DNA of 64,000 nucleotides from Phoronis australis (taxonomy: Eukaryota > Animalia > Phoronida), in assembly GCA_002633005.1 (NCBI GenBank), contig NMRA01000088.1, forward strand, positions 732,437-796,436, given 5' to 3'. A program made the position numbers and the translations under genes. The notes under the pieces were generated by a model. That model saw only the letters and a program-made list of their open reading frames with translations. It made no database searches and was not told where the DNA came from. Below, piece after piece: positions 11,820-23,986 of this stretch; position 1 is the first letter of the stretch; each line of letters opens with the position of its first letter.

Positions 11820-12688
11820 TCATGCGCAACGACACTCTTCAACAATCATGTCTGAGTATTCCGTCACTCCATAGTTGCCGTGTTCATCCAGGTGCAAGAT
11901 TGGAAGCGGACTAAATTTCGTCGCAGTACAACACGGGGAAGGTGCCGCCCCTGGATTTGTCATTTTCAGAATGGACTTAATCCCGGAGAAAGTGTTGGCC
12001 ATTTTGTACCTCCTGGGGCACTTTCCATCACAGTAGTAAGCGTTGTAACCCGCAGGTTCAACAACCCAATCGTCCCAACCGATGTCTTTGAATGAGATGT
12101 ACAGTGGGTGGCGGCAACATTTTTTCTCGCCATCTCCCTTCACACAGTCTTCCTTCACAGCTCTGCCCTTGCTTTTCCCTAAGATGTACCGCTCACTGGA
12201 AAGCACCGAGAGCCCGGGACTCACGTCCTCTTCGTCTCCGTTGTAGTTCTCGGCAATGTCTCCGCCTTTTGCGAACGTGACTACGTCGTGAAGTCTTTGA
12301 GCGTCACTCTCAATTTCTATTCCTAAGTTTGAGCCGGGGTTATTCACCCAATTCATGACGGCTTCTTTAATATTAAAATGTTCCCAACCGATATATGCTA
12401 AATTTATCACCTTGCTGTCAATCAACTTCCGTGTTTTTTTCTTCTTCTTCCGCTTTTTCCTCATAATTTGATAAACGTTCACTGATATCGTATTGTCGAT
12501 ATTCGAGTCGTTTCTTAATTTCTCCGGATTAACAGCGGATTTATATAGTTTTAACTGGGCTTTGTGTATGGCGACCTCCTTCTTGGGATCGCCTGGTTGA
12601 GCAATATTCACATCGAAATAAATCCGCGTGGGTTCCTCTGACGGATTTCGCGAACTGTTCGTCTTTGAAATTCGTGCAGAACCATAAT
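11820..12688 (-). CDS. TGF-beta superfamily ligand (Maverick/Panda/GDF15-like), exon 2: rest of prodomain and mature cystine-knot domain
   Basis: Acceptor TTTACAATTTCAG| at 12689/12688; phase 1 joins exon 1 (G+AT = Asp) with no stops to TGA at 11820. Mature domain DC..CCRHPLYISFKDIGWDDWVVEPAGYNAYYCDGKCP..PCC..ILHLDEHG..SDMIVEECRCA has 9 Cys. Prodomain motifs AQLKLY, GWEHFNIKEAVMNWVNNPGSNLGIEI. Confidence 0.96.
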
Positions 12689-15600
12689 CTGAAATTGTAA
12701 ACGTAATAAGGTTAGATATAGCTGAAAATTTCGCAGTTTAAAATAATTGTTCTCCAGTCCTCCAATGACCTGACGAAGAGTTGTACGTGTTAATGCATGT
12801 GGTGAATAAAGGTGCGTTTCAAGATTTATTTATTTGGTTTTACTCGAGCACATCTAGTTTCTCTCTTGGACCAATTGTACGGAACTTCCTTTTGCTAGAT
12901 TTCAAAAGTAGAACAAAAAGCACGAGAGCACGCATTTTGCAACTGAATGGTGTCGACGATATGCAAGTTATTACTTGGACATGAAGGTTTCAGCAATCCG
13001 ATGCTTTTGAATTTGATAGGTTTAAAACGATACATTGTCCGCCGTAAAAAGGATTGATTTGACTTCCAGCAATTTAGTGTGTATTGGAAAGAAATTCAAT
13101 ATACTGTGATGAAGCCGGAAGGGAGCCAATTTTCACACACTAGTTCACACCCATTAGGGATATGGGAACACGTCGACATGCCATAGGCTAAAATAGGTGA
13201 CGGATGAGTCTGTGAAACAAAGCTTTGGTAAGAGAATCTTACTTGGATTTTTCAAATAATATAATCGTAAAACTGAGACGTGTCCTTTAAGACATAAGAG
13301 TTTTTACTCAGATATCAGACAGACTATGATTCATTTCGTAAAGCAAACATAAAACTAATCGTCATCATTTAGTTTGTCTTCCACCATAACGGAATAAACA
13401 CCTACATAGACACTAAGATCTCGTGATATAGCTGCTTCAACAAGACACACTTGTCCTTCGGAAACTACTCGTTGCACCTTTTAAAGGCAAGTAATTTGTC
13501 TATAAGAAGCAGACTATAGTCTAACTATCAAAAAATGTTGTCAAAGATATCGAGGCCAAGATGGTCGCCTCTACTTCGTAGTGAGTCAAAAAATAAGAAT
13601 GTTGGACAAGATGTACTGATGCGTGAGAATGACGCTTTTGAATATCTTAACATGAGCACCGTCGTGTAGAACATGTTGATAACGTTCGTCACGAGGTTGT
13701 CTTGAGCTGACACGCGCCCTGATAATGCCAGAACGACTCTTCTACTGAGGAGATTAATCTTCTCGCATCGCCATCTCACGGATATTTCGGAACTATTATC
13801 ACACCTGGTTAATGAGACGCGGTTTCCTATGCGAACACTGTTTATAAACATTGCGGCCAATATGGCAAGGAATCGGGGTTAAGGAGTGCACATATCATTG
13901 CCAACCCAGATAAGGCTGTTATAGATATAACAGTAACATACCTACGGTAAGTTGAAGTTTATCTCAAACATAAAATGCTGTTGGATATTCTAATACCGCT
14001 GTCAGGAAAAGAATTGTTCCTTTTGTGCTCTGTATGAAGAGACAGTGGGACACTTCATGTAAATGTACACGTACATTGATACTTGTTCACAAAATTAATA
14101 TGCCATGGACTGGCTGCATTTTGAAAAGAGAATGTTCGCATTTAATCGGTTACGCATAACAAAACACAAGCCAGGATGAATATTTCAGGAGACAATGAAA
14201 ATCTCAGTTCGAGATCTAGTCATGAGATTCTCTTGTTTGAAATGACATCCAGGCAGACAAAATTCGGCTACGTTTTGCAACACGGTTCTTCTCGTCCTCT
14301 GGAGTAGGTCACAAGTCTCCCTTTTAGGGCTCAGCAAATCTAGAGCAAGAACTGTTGAACGGATTCATAACCATGAGAAATTCGTTCACGCATTTACGCG
14401 AATAGCTATAAATGATAATAGTAGATCGTTTCTACCCCGCACAACACCATTTGCTCATCAGACGTGACTCCTTTTACAATAACAACATAATATATTAAAG
14501 TCATAGTCGATAGTTAGAATACAAATAAAGGCAGGATGAGATCAGACAATACACCTAGTGCAGTTCAGTATCACATTTACCCCAGTGTCGCAAAAAATCA
14601 TAAGTTCATTACATAGATGTTAGTATGCTTGAGCGCTCACTTGGCAAACGCTTCGTTTTCATCAAATCTCACGTTACCGGTATTAATCACTATAGATCAA
14701 AACGTGACCAAGTAGCCTAGTTAAAAGGGTTCCATCCCAAAACATGAAATAAACGTTGGTTTTCGGGGGGTGCTTTGTGAGGCTTTGGCACGTCTAGTTT
14801 TCCAGCACAGCATTTTGCTTAGGTTCAACATTTTGGCGTGTTTAACCTCGTTTTAAAGTGTGAAAATGGCAGCCGAACGGTATACTGGTGAGCCAAATTC
14901 CATGCGTTAAATAGCACTATGTTTTAATATATAAATGGTAAAGACGCCGGCCTTGATTTCAGCGGCGGAAATTGGCGATTTGTAATAACATCGCAAAAAC
15001 ACATCGGATTTTGTTGTTTTATAGTTCTGGTCAAATCTCCGTCTCACCAATAATCTCAACATTACGTTTTTCGGTCGCATAATGTCGCTTTAGCAGTGCG
15101 TTGGTATTATCTTTTTACAGTAAAAGACAAAGTATGCTTTCGCGTCCATGATGCTGCGGTCGCACACAAAGATATTTGACGCGTTCTAACAATTTATATG
15201 CTGCTACATGGAAAAACATTCGTTATTACGTCAGAACGATTTATCGGTAGTATTGAAATTCGTGATCATATACAATGTACATTTAATATCTCAGGACACG
15301 AATGTAGCGGGTATCGCAAATAAGTGACGCCCAAGTGTCGTGAAACTTAGATTAATGATTGTTAAGACAACAATTATTGGTGATCACTCCTGACTTTTCC
15401 AATTAGACGTTCACTGAGGTCAACAAATAGGACGACTCGGGGGTGAGACTTTTTCATGACCGCAATTTTGCGGTAAATGAAAGTGAAACTAGCATGAACC
15501 GTGATTTGACGGTTACAGTGAACGTGATTACGTATTTTAGGCTGAATAAATGGTGAAATTTGTCCGAATTCGTGAACGTGAACGAAAACTGGAATCGAGG

Positions 15601-16978
15601 ATCCCCGAGAGAGAGTCTGTGCAGACCTGGGCACTAAGTCACACCGACGTTTTCGTGCCACTTTCACAAGCCCTACTACATAATTTTCCATCGCCTGTTA
15701 TAATAGACACGCGTATCATTGCTACTCTAATTTAGGGGGACCTCACAAAATTTATTTTATCTTACTTTGAGGTGGCGTCGTTTGGACTTCTAGCCTCCAA
15801 TTTCAAAACGCGGTCACGAGGTAGACATTGTTTTTCGATTGGCTCATGCTTGTGCAAATGAGGCAATATTGGAAATATGCAAATGAGTTAATGTTTTAAT
15901 ATTTATTGACCGGAACATTCGTAATACAGAATTCAAGGTGATTCGATGGCAAAAGTCAACATAACTGACCTCCCTTCTTGATAAAGCAGCAGTTTCTCAA
16001 GTTGATCAAAACTCAAGCATGGTCACTCAATTTTATGTTTACAAAAATGATAAGATATTATATTGATACACGCCTTACATTCACAAGTTTAAAACACATT
16101 AAATGAACCAATATCTTAGGAGTAGTACAATCAAGAAGATTTCACAAGACAAACACTGCTCAACAGAGTTGTCGATGTCGTGGCAATTAACGAAATAAGA
16201 CTTAGACGGAAAATATTCTAAATCAAATAACTCGTCATGAAATGTCGCAGCTTCATTCGAACGTAGCATATAGATTTAGTCTCTATAGTACAAATTGACT
16301 TGAAAGAGCACGACCAATTGCCGCCCATCTCCAGCTAACAAAAAACAACTCTCGAGAAAAAAGTAACTCGTTTTTATTTGCTCATGATGACAATGCGCGG
16401 GCTGGAGACACTAATTGTCTATATAGGCACATTTTAATCGTGTCGGTTAATGCGAGTAAATACATTGCACACTGGAAAAATGGCTTCACAAACAGACAAA
16501 GCAAATAAACTTGTAGTTTCCACGAGTACTATCTAACTCTAATATAAACAGACCCACCCTCCAATGTACGAAGAAAAGCCACATTTAGATCTGTTAAATG
16601 CATATAGCCAAAGAGAGCAATACCTGGTCAGGGAATTAATATAATTCAAAAAATAAATAGTGTGATTAGAGTACATAGCGAGTTACTGTTGCCAGGAGCA
16701 CATCTGCAATGTCGTCAGGACGCAGGTGCCACACCAACTGAGTTTCTTCTCAATTCTCAGTGAAAGTATCAGCTTCCTCATTGAGACTGCGTCCGAATAT
16801 TAGCAAGAAAAACTGAACAGTGTACGCAGGTATCCTGAGGATTAAGTCAACATTCCGGTTGTAAGTACACTTTTAAGGGACATTTTACGACAGAAAAACG
16901 CGTTTTGAGGATTATTGGTGGATGGGATAGACTTTTGAGGTTATTAGCATTGACCAGATGCTACAAAACAACAAAATC

Positions 16979-17065
16979 CATGCGCGCACCCAGGGGGGTT
17001 CGTCCGCTTCAGAGAAACCAAAACTCCGAAAAAATAGAAAACCGAGACAAAAGTCCACTTTTGGT
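16979..17065 (+). repeat. Truncated copy of the 7786-8027 repeat family
   Basis: CATGCGCGCACCCAGGGGGGTTCG...GTCCGCTTCAGAGAAACCAAAACTCCGAAAAAATAGAAAACCGAGACAAAAGTCCACT. Confidence 0.65.
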
Positions 17066-17174
17066 TGCTATCGGTGACTCCAGATCCGAGTCTGCTCTGG
17101 GACTGATCTCAGAAAATTGCTTCTTTCGCCGATAGTGTCCATTTAATAATGAAAGTATTCTCTGTAATGGCAAG

Positions 17175-17281
17175 CGATGAAGCTGACAGGGATGGCGGTG
17201 ACGATGGTGTGACTATTGAGCTGGTGATGACGATCACGGTGGTGTTGATGGTTGTGTTGGGTGAGATGGTGATGGTGACGA
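17175..17281. repeat. Degenerate (GAT/GGT)n microsatellite
   Basis: GATGGCGGTGACGATGGTG...GGTGATGACGATC...GATGGTGATGGTGACG. Confidence 0.7.
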
Positions 17282-20200
17282 AACATACAAAAACGACAAA
17301 CTGCGAGACACGGCTTATAAATACAAGCACAAATAACGTCCATGTTACTGAATACAAAATTATCTCGGCAAATTTAAATTTATGCAAATATAAATTTATG
17401 CAGCTGATATAAAATACAGAGAGGCTATTTAGGTAACCCGGATCTGTTTGTAAATATTGTGTGAAGTAGGGGCAGGTGTTTTTCGGCAACAGGTGTTATA
17501 AATTTCAACACGTCAGTCACACCAAAAGTGGTTCAGTGTTAAACAATTGAAAGGTTACAGTGACTATTTCAGCTACGAGATTCCAATTCTGCCCGCAAGC
17601 GGCGCTTTTGTGCAAAGCAGTAATCCTGTGACTACCCATCAAATGAAACTGCGAAATTAAAGGAACTGCACATGCACAATGCAAGAGTTGTGAAGTGCGG
17701 TTCTAACACGAGAGCGGCTACAAGCTGTAGGCTAAGTAAATGCGCTGTAATATGGAAAATCGGTCACAGCAAGCATCTGTTATTTTTGTACCCCTACACG
17801 TACAGTCATGAAGTAGTAGACGCGTATGTTATACTTTTCATATACAATCAGATCCTGCTTTCGAAATAAACAACCTCCGTTCCTCACAAAGTACGTGGTT
17901 TGAGCATTTATTCTTCCAAGAAAACGTAAATTTTTCACAGACGTATAGGAAACACTAAGTTGAAATCAAACAACCAATATGGCAACACGTGATCTTCCAT
18001 CGCCCAATCAGGAAACAGTGTCCATATCTGTTTACAGAAATTGCACAATTCATGCTGCTTAAACAAATATTGTTCTTCCTATTTGAATGTTTGTTATTAC
18101 GACTGCATCGGAAACATGTGCTTACGACAGACTCTCTTGGCGAAGAGTAAACTTTCTCTAAAAGCAAACGTTGTGAAACAGTTAGCGGACGACACGGGAC
18201 GTAGTCCAAACTAGTCGGACGCACTGCAAGCCGAGGAGCATAGTTATCCTTTCAGCTAAATTGCAGCTTAAGGTACCGGCATGAATTAGGTATCCCCGTC
18301 TCGGAGGCACGTGTACCCATTTTTATAAAACTTGGCACAAAATTGTGACGGCCTGGGGTGGGGGGAGCGAAAATTCTGACAATGGAATTTTGGCGACTGG
18401 GGAAGGAGTCAAAATTTTGGCGACTCGTCGGTGAAGCTGGTTATAGTTTCTTGTGATGTTTGTACACTGTGATTCAGCGTTTTTCAATGAAGTCGGTTTC
18501 TTTGAACCAAAACTGCATTTTGTAGCAAAATGGAAATCGTCGAACCTACATTTGTCACGGAGAAGGCAAATCCACGTGTGCTCAAAACAACAACTTGGTG
18601 CTTAGGAACTCGTGTGAAACCATGACCAACTGAAGGCACTCACCAGGTGGCGATACCGTCGCGTGCACGAGTCGGCTTATCTACTGAGAACTGACACATA
18701 ACGTGTCATGGAAATCGACATTTCGTGAGTGTACTCAAAATAGTTCGGCAAAGGCACAGCTTGTCATTGCTTGTGATGTCCGACGTCACAAAGTAATGAA
18801 GAGCCTGAGGAACTGTATGAATGTAAGAAACACTCCCATGAAAAAGCAATACAGGAACCACGATCTGACAGCAGGTTCCAGCGCTAAGTTCGTACAAGAA
18901 ATGTTGTTACTGCACTTTTAAGCTTGTTTCTAGAGAATAATGACGCGAGCTTCATCAAAACACAAAGCACAGGCCGAGCGCCCAGCGTTGCCAAATTGTC
19001 GTTCTGTGCCGACTGTGCGAATTAAGGTTTCTGAATGTTCCTGAGTGGAGAACGGTTTAGGGCCTGTGATCTATGTAAAAAACACACCTGTCTTATCTTA
19101 CGGTAGATAAGCAACCAGTCGACGTGACCCAGCTGCACTTTAAAGTATGTGTAGAGTGTCAAATGTCGAATAGCGCGCCTTTGGAAAAACAATATAGAAT
19201 AAGTTAACAACTCCTTAGGACTTGCCGTGCTACTATAGCTGGTTGAAGTGAGAGTCGTTGCGATAGATTTTGCTATGCGACAGTAAGATTGTATTGGTCT
19301 CGGATTATACTAAAATCGAACTAATAGTTAAGAAGTAGAGAGCGATTGTTTTTACTTCATTTTGAATCTCTTTCATTGCATTGCAAATGCAAACAGAAGA
19401 TTTCATAATAGCTATCTTAAATCAATGACCCTGTCTCCTTCAAACAATAACTTCGTGTGAAATAATTGGTTGGTGTAAGGCTGTGACGAGTCTAGGGCTC
19501 CATATATGAGTCAATATTTTTTGCCAACTTTGAGACGTGAGGTGAAAATACCCCCTAAGGTCTGGAGTTTGTCGCGTGTCGCGTGTCTCGTAAACCATGT
19601 GTGGTATGTGAAATTTTGAAGCAGGTTGCTCTTGCGACCACTGACTTGGCGGTAATGTACAAACGTGACCTGTGCCCAAACGTAAGCAAATGACGCTAAC
19701 GAAGCCTGCGTAATTTGCTAATATCACATATTCCTTGATAAGATCATTTGTTTTAATTATTGCACATTGTCATCGTAAAACAGATGCATGACGATAGCCG
19801 CTCAAATTGACTCTTTTACAGATTAGCAGATACGCCTTATTACACCGAATTCTGGGTTGCACGTCATCCATAGAAGAAGGGACCCAACCAATGAATCTAC
19901 ACCTAAATTTCCAGCCAACAGGGGGCTTGCATGACATATATTTCGCAAATTCATTGCAAAAAGCGCAAAAAGGTCAATTAATGTTGGTTGTAATGGTTGG
20001 CACGAGGCTCGGTGTCTTGTTTATGCAAGCTTGATTAATAACGAGTGAATATAAAACATTTCCGTACCTTGACGGCTTCCAAGCCCTTCGTAAAAGAAGG
20101 ATTCATGGGTGACCTTGCAAGGCAGTGATACTGAGCATTAAAAGCTAAGTGTCGAGGTCGACAAATCAAAAATCTCCATTCAATGTCAATAAACCTCCTT

Positions 20201-21887
20201 GATACAATCCTTTAATGCAGACCGTCGATAATAAAAGAAATGCAAGACACTAGGAATGACGTCACAGCAGAATCTCCCATGTGTATTACCTGCTGTAGCT
20301 CTGTGTTACTGATGTCACTGAATTGATTAACTAGGCAAACATTTGGTCCGGATGTTTTGGTGCACGCCAATGTGTACTGGCTGTAACACACAAGCAAAGT
20401 ATAAAAAGTAAAATCAAATCCTTGATTGTAAACATAAAACACAAAGAAAATGGGGTTTAACCACTAAGCTCTTATGATTAATTAACCACACACTTGGGCA
20501 AAATATCATAGGATCAGATTTTGTAGTTTTTTTGCGAAACAGTTAAAATGGCCGCAGTTATCACTTCTCGTGCTTTACCTCGTTGCCTGAAGGCGGCGTG
20601 GTTGAGTTTGACGCCCCAGTGTATTCTCCTTCCCGCTTGGTCCTACTATGGGAACAGCTATCACTTCGTCAGTACATTAGACCATGCTTGACCCGCCGTG
20701 ACAAAGTCAACTGCCTGAATCTGGTCTCAAGCAATTACGAGCTGACAGTTCTTCCTGAGTGAGGAAATTCACTCTAATCAGAATAAGGAACAGGCTGAGA
20801 CCAGTTTGATAAAAGCAAGTGGTCTGGATAAAAAATGTGTTTGTTTTTTACAGGAGTCGAGTTCATAGCCACTTTAAGGTAAATCTTTTCCTGTTGAAAG
20901 TGCGAAGTGGACAGATGGGTGCTCCAATACATTCATGATGTTCCAGCTATGAATTTATGTTGTGGACATCTATTAAGCACTGGCATAAATTATGAGAAAA
21001 AATCCAGCTACAGTCAACGTTGTAGCTTAGCTGTGAGTGCGATATCACGAGTGCAACAGGCGACCACGCGTCTTCACGGCGGATGAAATTGATGCCATGT
21101 TGTTTTCAATTCAGTCACGAGTCGTGACCGGCGCTAGGAGAGAGACGAAGCGTGCCGAAAAATTGTACATTTAATATTTTAACACACGCTTCTTATACGT
21201 TTTATGGCAAAGTAATTCGACTGAGACCCATCTAAATAATAGGTTATTTTATTGGAACACAACGTCCGCCATCATACTGTTAATCCCAAAATAAGAACGG
21301 TCGTGTTTGTTTTAAATTAGTGCGTTTTAAACTGATTTGTCCAGCTAACATGGGTAGCATTAGAGAAACTATTCGACGTATGTTCGCTAAGATGTTTTCT
21401 GCAAATAAAGAGACACGGTTATGAATTAGCTACGGCAAACATCACACAGCGACCTCACATTATAGCATCAGAATCTGTTACTATTCAAAGCAAAAAATAA
21501 TGGGTAAAGGAGCCAATAATTTACTCCCGGTGTCTGCAGCCTAGTGTTAAGAGGAAGAGAAGCGACCTTCTATTTATGAATACCTCTTGCGGTTAATTTA
21601 ATAGTCACAATGTGTTAAACCAACCATCAACACCTTCTTCCGGACACTACGATTACCATCTAATGGCTGCCGAAAGCAATAAAAAGCACGTGAGCACGTG
21701 TCAAAAACTTGCGGCAGCCGTTCTTCCACAGACCAGGGCCATGCAAAATGGTGTGTACATTTCAACAGTTCGCTCAGTTACACGTGAAAGTTATCTATCG
21801 CTAGTTGTATTTGCTCAGAGGCGGGAGAATAGATAAATATAATGGATGTGTTGTGTCCTATTGTCTGGGTAGGGATAAGCACCAATT

Positions 21888-21920
21888 CTACCACCTAGCA
21901 GCACGCAGGGAACCAGCGAG
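21888..21920. repeat. Isolated terminal fragment of the 562-1168 MITE family
   Basis: CCACCTAGCAGCACGCAGGGAACCAGCGAG matches the right ends at ~1139-1168 and ~41889-41918. Confidence 0.75.
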
Positions 21921-23844
21921 CAACTCATCCGTTACTTCCTGTCGGACACCGGTTTTGCAGTCTCATACATCAATAGGGGGCAATCTCGCAGTCATCTTCA
22001 TTGTTCTCGGTTACATTTAGACTGCTGTGGTGAGTTGCGAGTAAAACTTGTGAAGACTTTTTCCTCTCAGTAGCTGATCTTCAAACTCCAAGCCTTTGAT
22101 GGATTGTAAAATATACGATCGTAGCACATATAGGCCTATGTACTTTTATGTGAAGGCGTGCCCGACATGCAAAACACTTGTGCAAAAACCCAGGAGCAAG
22201 TTTTTGAAATACCGTGCGAGACTGTGGGTGAAGCTTGATTTATCCGCTACAAAAAGGCAGGTGTTGGCCGTGTATTCGATTTAAAGTTAACTATTCAAAC
22301 GAAAGGTATGGGGACTTAAAATGAAGACACGTTGATAAAACTCGATTTAAGACATATGCATGTACAAGGGTTTGTCTCAAGAGCATGCGAATGAAACATA
22401 CAGTCATAAGAGTATTTGTCAAACACTTGAAAACCGTTTTTTGGAAAGCACGTTATTTCGGACGGACCCGAATACCCGAACATAATGGTAACCCCGAAGC
22501 AGCATGGGACCAGACACTTTTATAGGTTAATGACAAAGGGAAGTAGAGTCGTAATGAATTATTGTGACCTGTTTTATTGACAAAGGTTATAACTTAAGAA
22601 ATGATGTGTAACGCAGGCTCATCAAAGTATAAGTCACTAAATATGCTTGGTAGTCATGCCGTCTTCGTTAATGGAAGGCCACGCCACCTCTCGGCCATAA
22701 AAATATAACTGGTTATTTTAAAAGATTGTCTACAATAAACGAAATACCCCGCAAATAGCTTATCGAGGTGATTTTTAATTCGCATTGTTCCTGCAATGAG
22801 CTTCAGTTCGAGCAAGTTGGCTGCTGACTAAAACTGTTATTGAATTCTGCCAGCTGTGTAGCTACATTACAACAAGTTCTGAGTTAGTTGCGCATGACAT
22901 CAATACATTAACCATACCCGAGGTGTTCCGCACGCTAGGGAATTGCCTGTGACTTGAATTGCCGGCTCATTCAACAGCAATTCAAGATCGGATCACTCGG
23001 CGTGGTGATGATTTAAACCCCAAAACGCTTCCGTTGTGAATTCAGCATTGACAGCTAAAGGAACAGGGCGAAACGCAGCTTTAATTCAAATCAAACCATT
23101 CTACACTCACCACCGCGTGAAACAGGATGCACCAAGGTAATAGCCATATTACTAAACAGCGCTGGATTACTGCAAACAAGTGTGAATCGCGGTGGACTAA
23201 AGTGTGACATGCATGACGTTCGATTAACCTCATGGGCAGAAATTCTCGACAAGACTGCGGGTGGCGACTTTTCGCATTTTACATTAATAACATAACACAT
23301 TAGCGTAAACCATCCGTAAGAAAAGACGGAAACTCTTATAATGATATGCAACGGAATTACTTCCTTTTAGAACACTGTAACACACGAACACTCACACAAT
23401 ATGATTATCTGCTGGAACATCTCCGTCACTTTATGACTGACAATCGCCGAGATTTTTCAAATTCCTTTCCTTATAAAAAATACCCCTATTGCGCAGCTTA
23501 CGGAAGAGTCAAGTATCGATGTCATTGAAATGCCCTGGCGAGAATATAAGTACGAAGTGTCCTTCGTGATAGGCCCATTAACACAGAAACGGTTGATTTT
23601 GTAAACGCAACAAGTGAAACAGGTTCAAGCAAGTCACGCGTCCAAAGAACACAGAAGCTCCGGCTCACATAAATATGCGTATTTTCTGAAACGCGTTGTT
23701 AAAGTGCAGTTCTTGTGCACATAATACGAGTGTATTCTGAAACGTGTTGTTAAAGGGTCATTTCGCTATGCTAGCGGACTAATCATGAAATGGGCTGATT
23801 ACCTCCAACAAAAAGGTCTCAGAAATTTCTTTGGCATGAAATCT

Positions 23845-23986
23845 GCCTCCCCTTCAATAACGCTAGGACCTGGCTAAAAAGCAAGACTTCGCGAGATTAC
23901 GTGAGATATTGCCGTGCATTTTAAATGAGAACAAGTGACTAGGTTTTAGTTAGGCCGTAGGTCCTAGCGTCTACTGAACGCAGGCC
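23845..23986. mobile_element. Short MITE family B, copy 1
   Basis: Inverted ends TTCAATAACGCTAGGACC and GGTCCTAGCGTCTACTGAA. Core GCTAAAAAGCAAGACTTCGCGAGATTACGTGAGATATTG is identical to that in 36904-37056. Confidence 0.85.

Noticed and set aside
12609-12611. Start of the 263-aa ORF (MNIAQ...) as a real initiation codon
   Set aside because: It is an internal GTG (Val). The frame continues upstream to a splice acceptor at 12688, and the signal peptide is in exon 1.
17109-17489. Overlapping ORFs rich in His, Val/Met or Thr/Ile
   Set aside because: They are translations of a degenerate GAT/GGT microsatellite.
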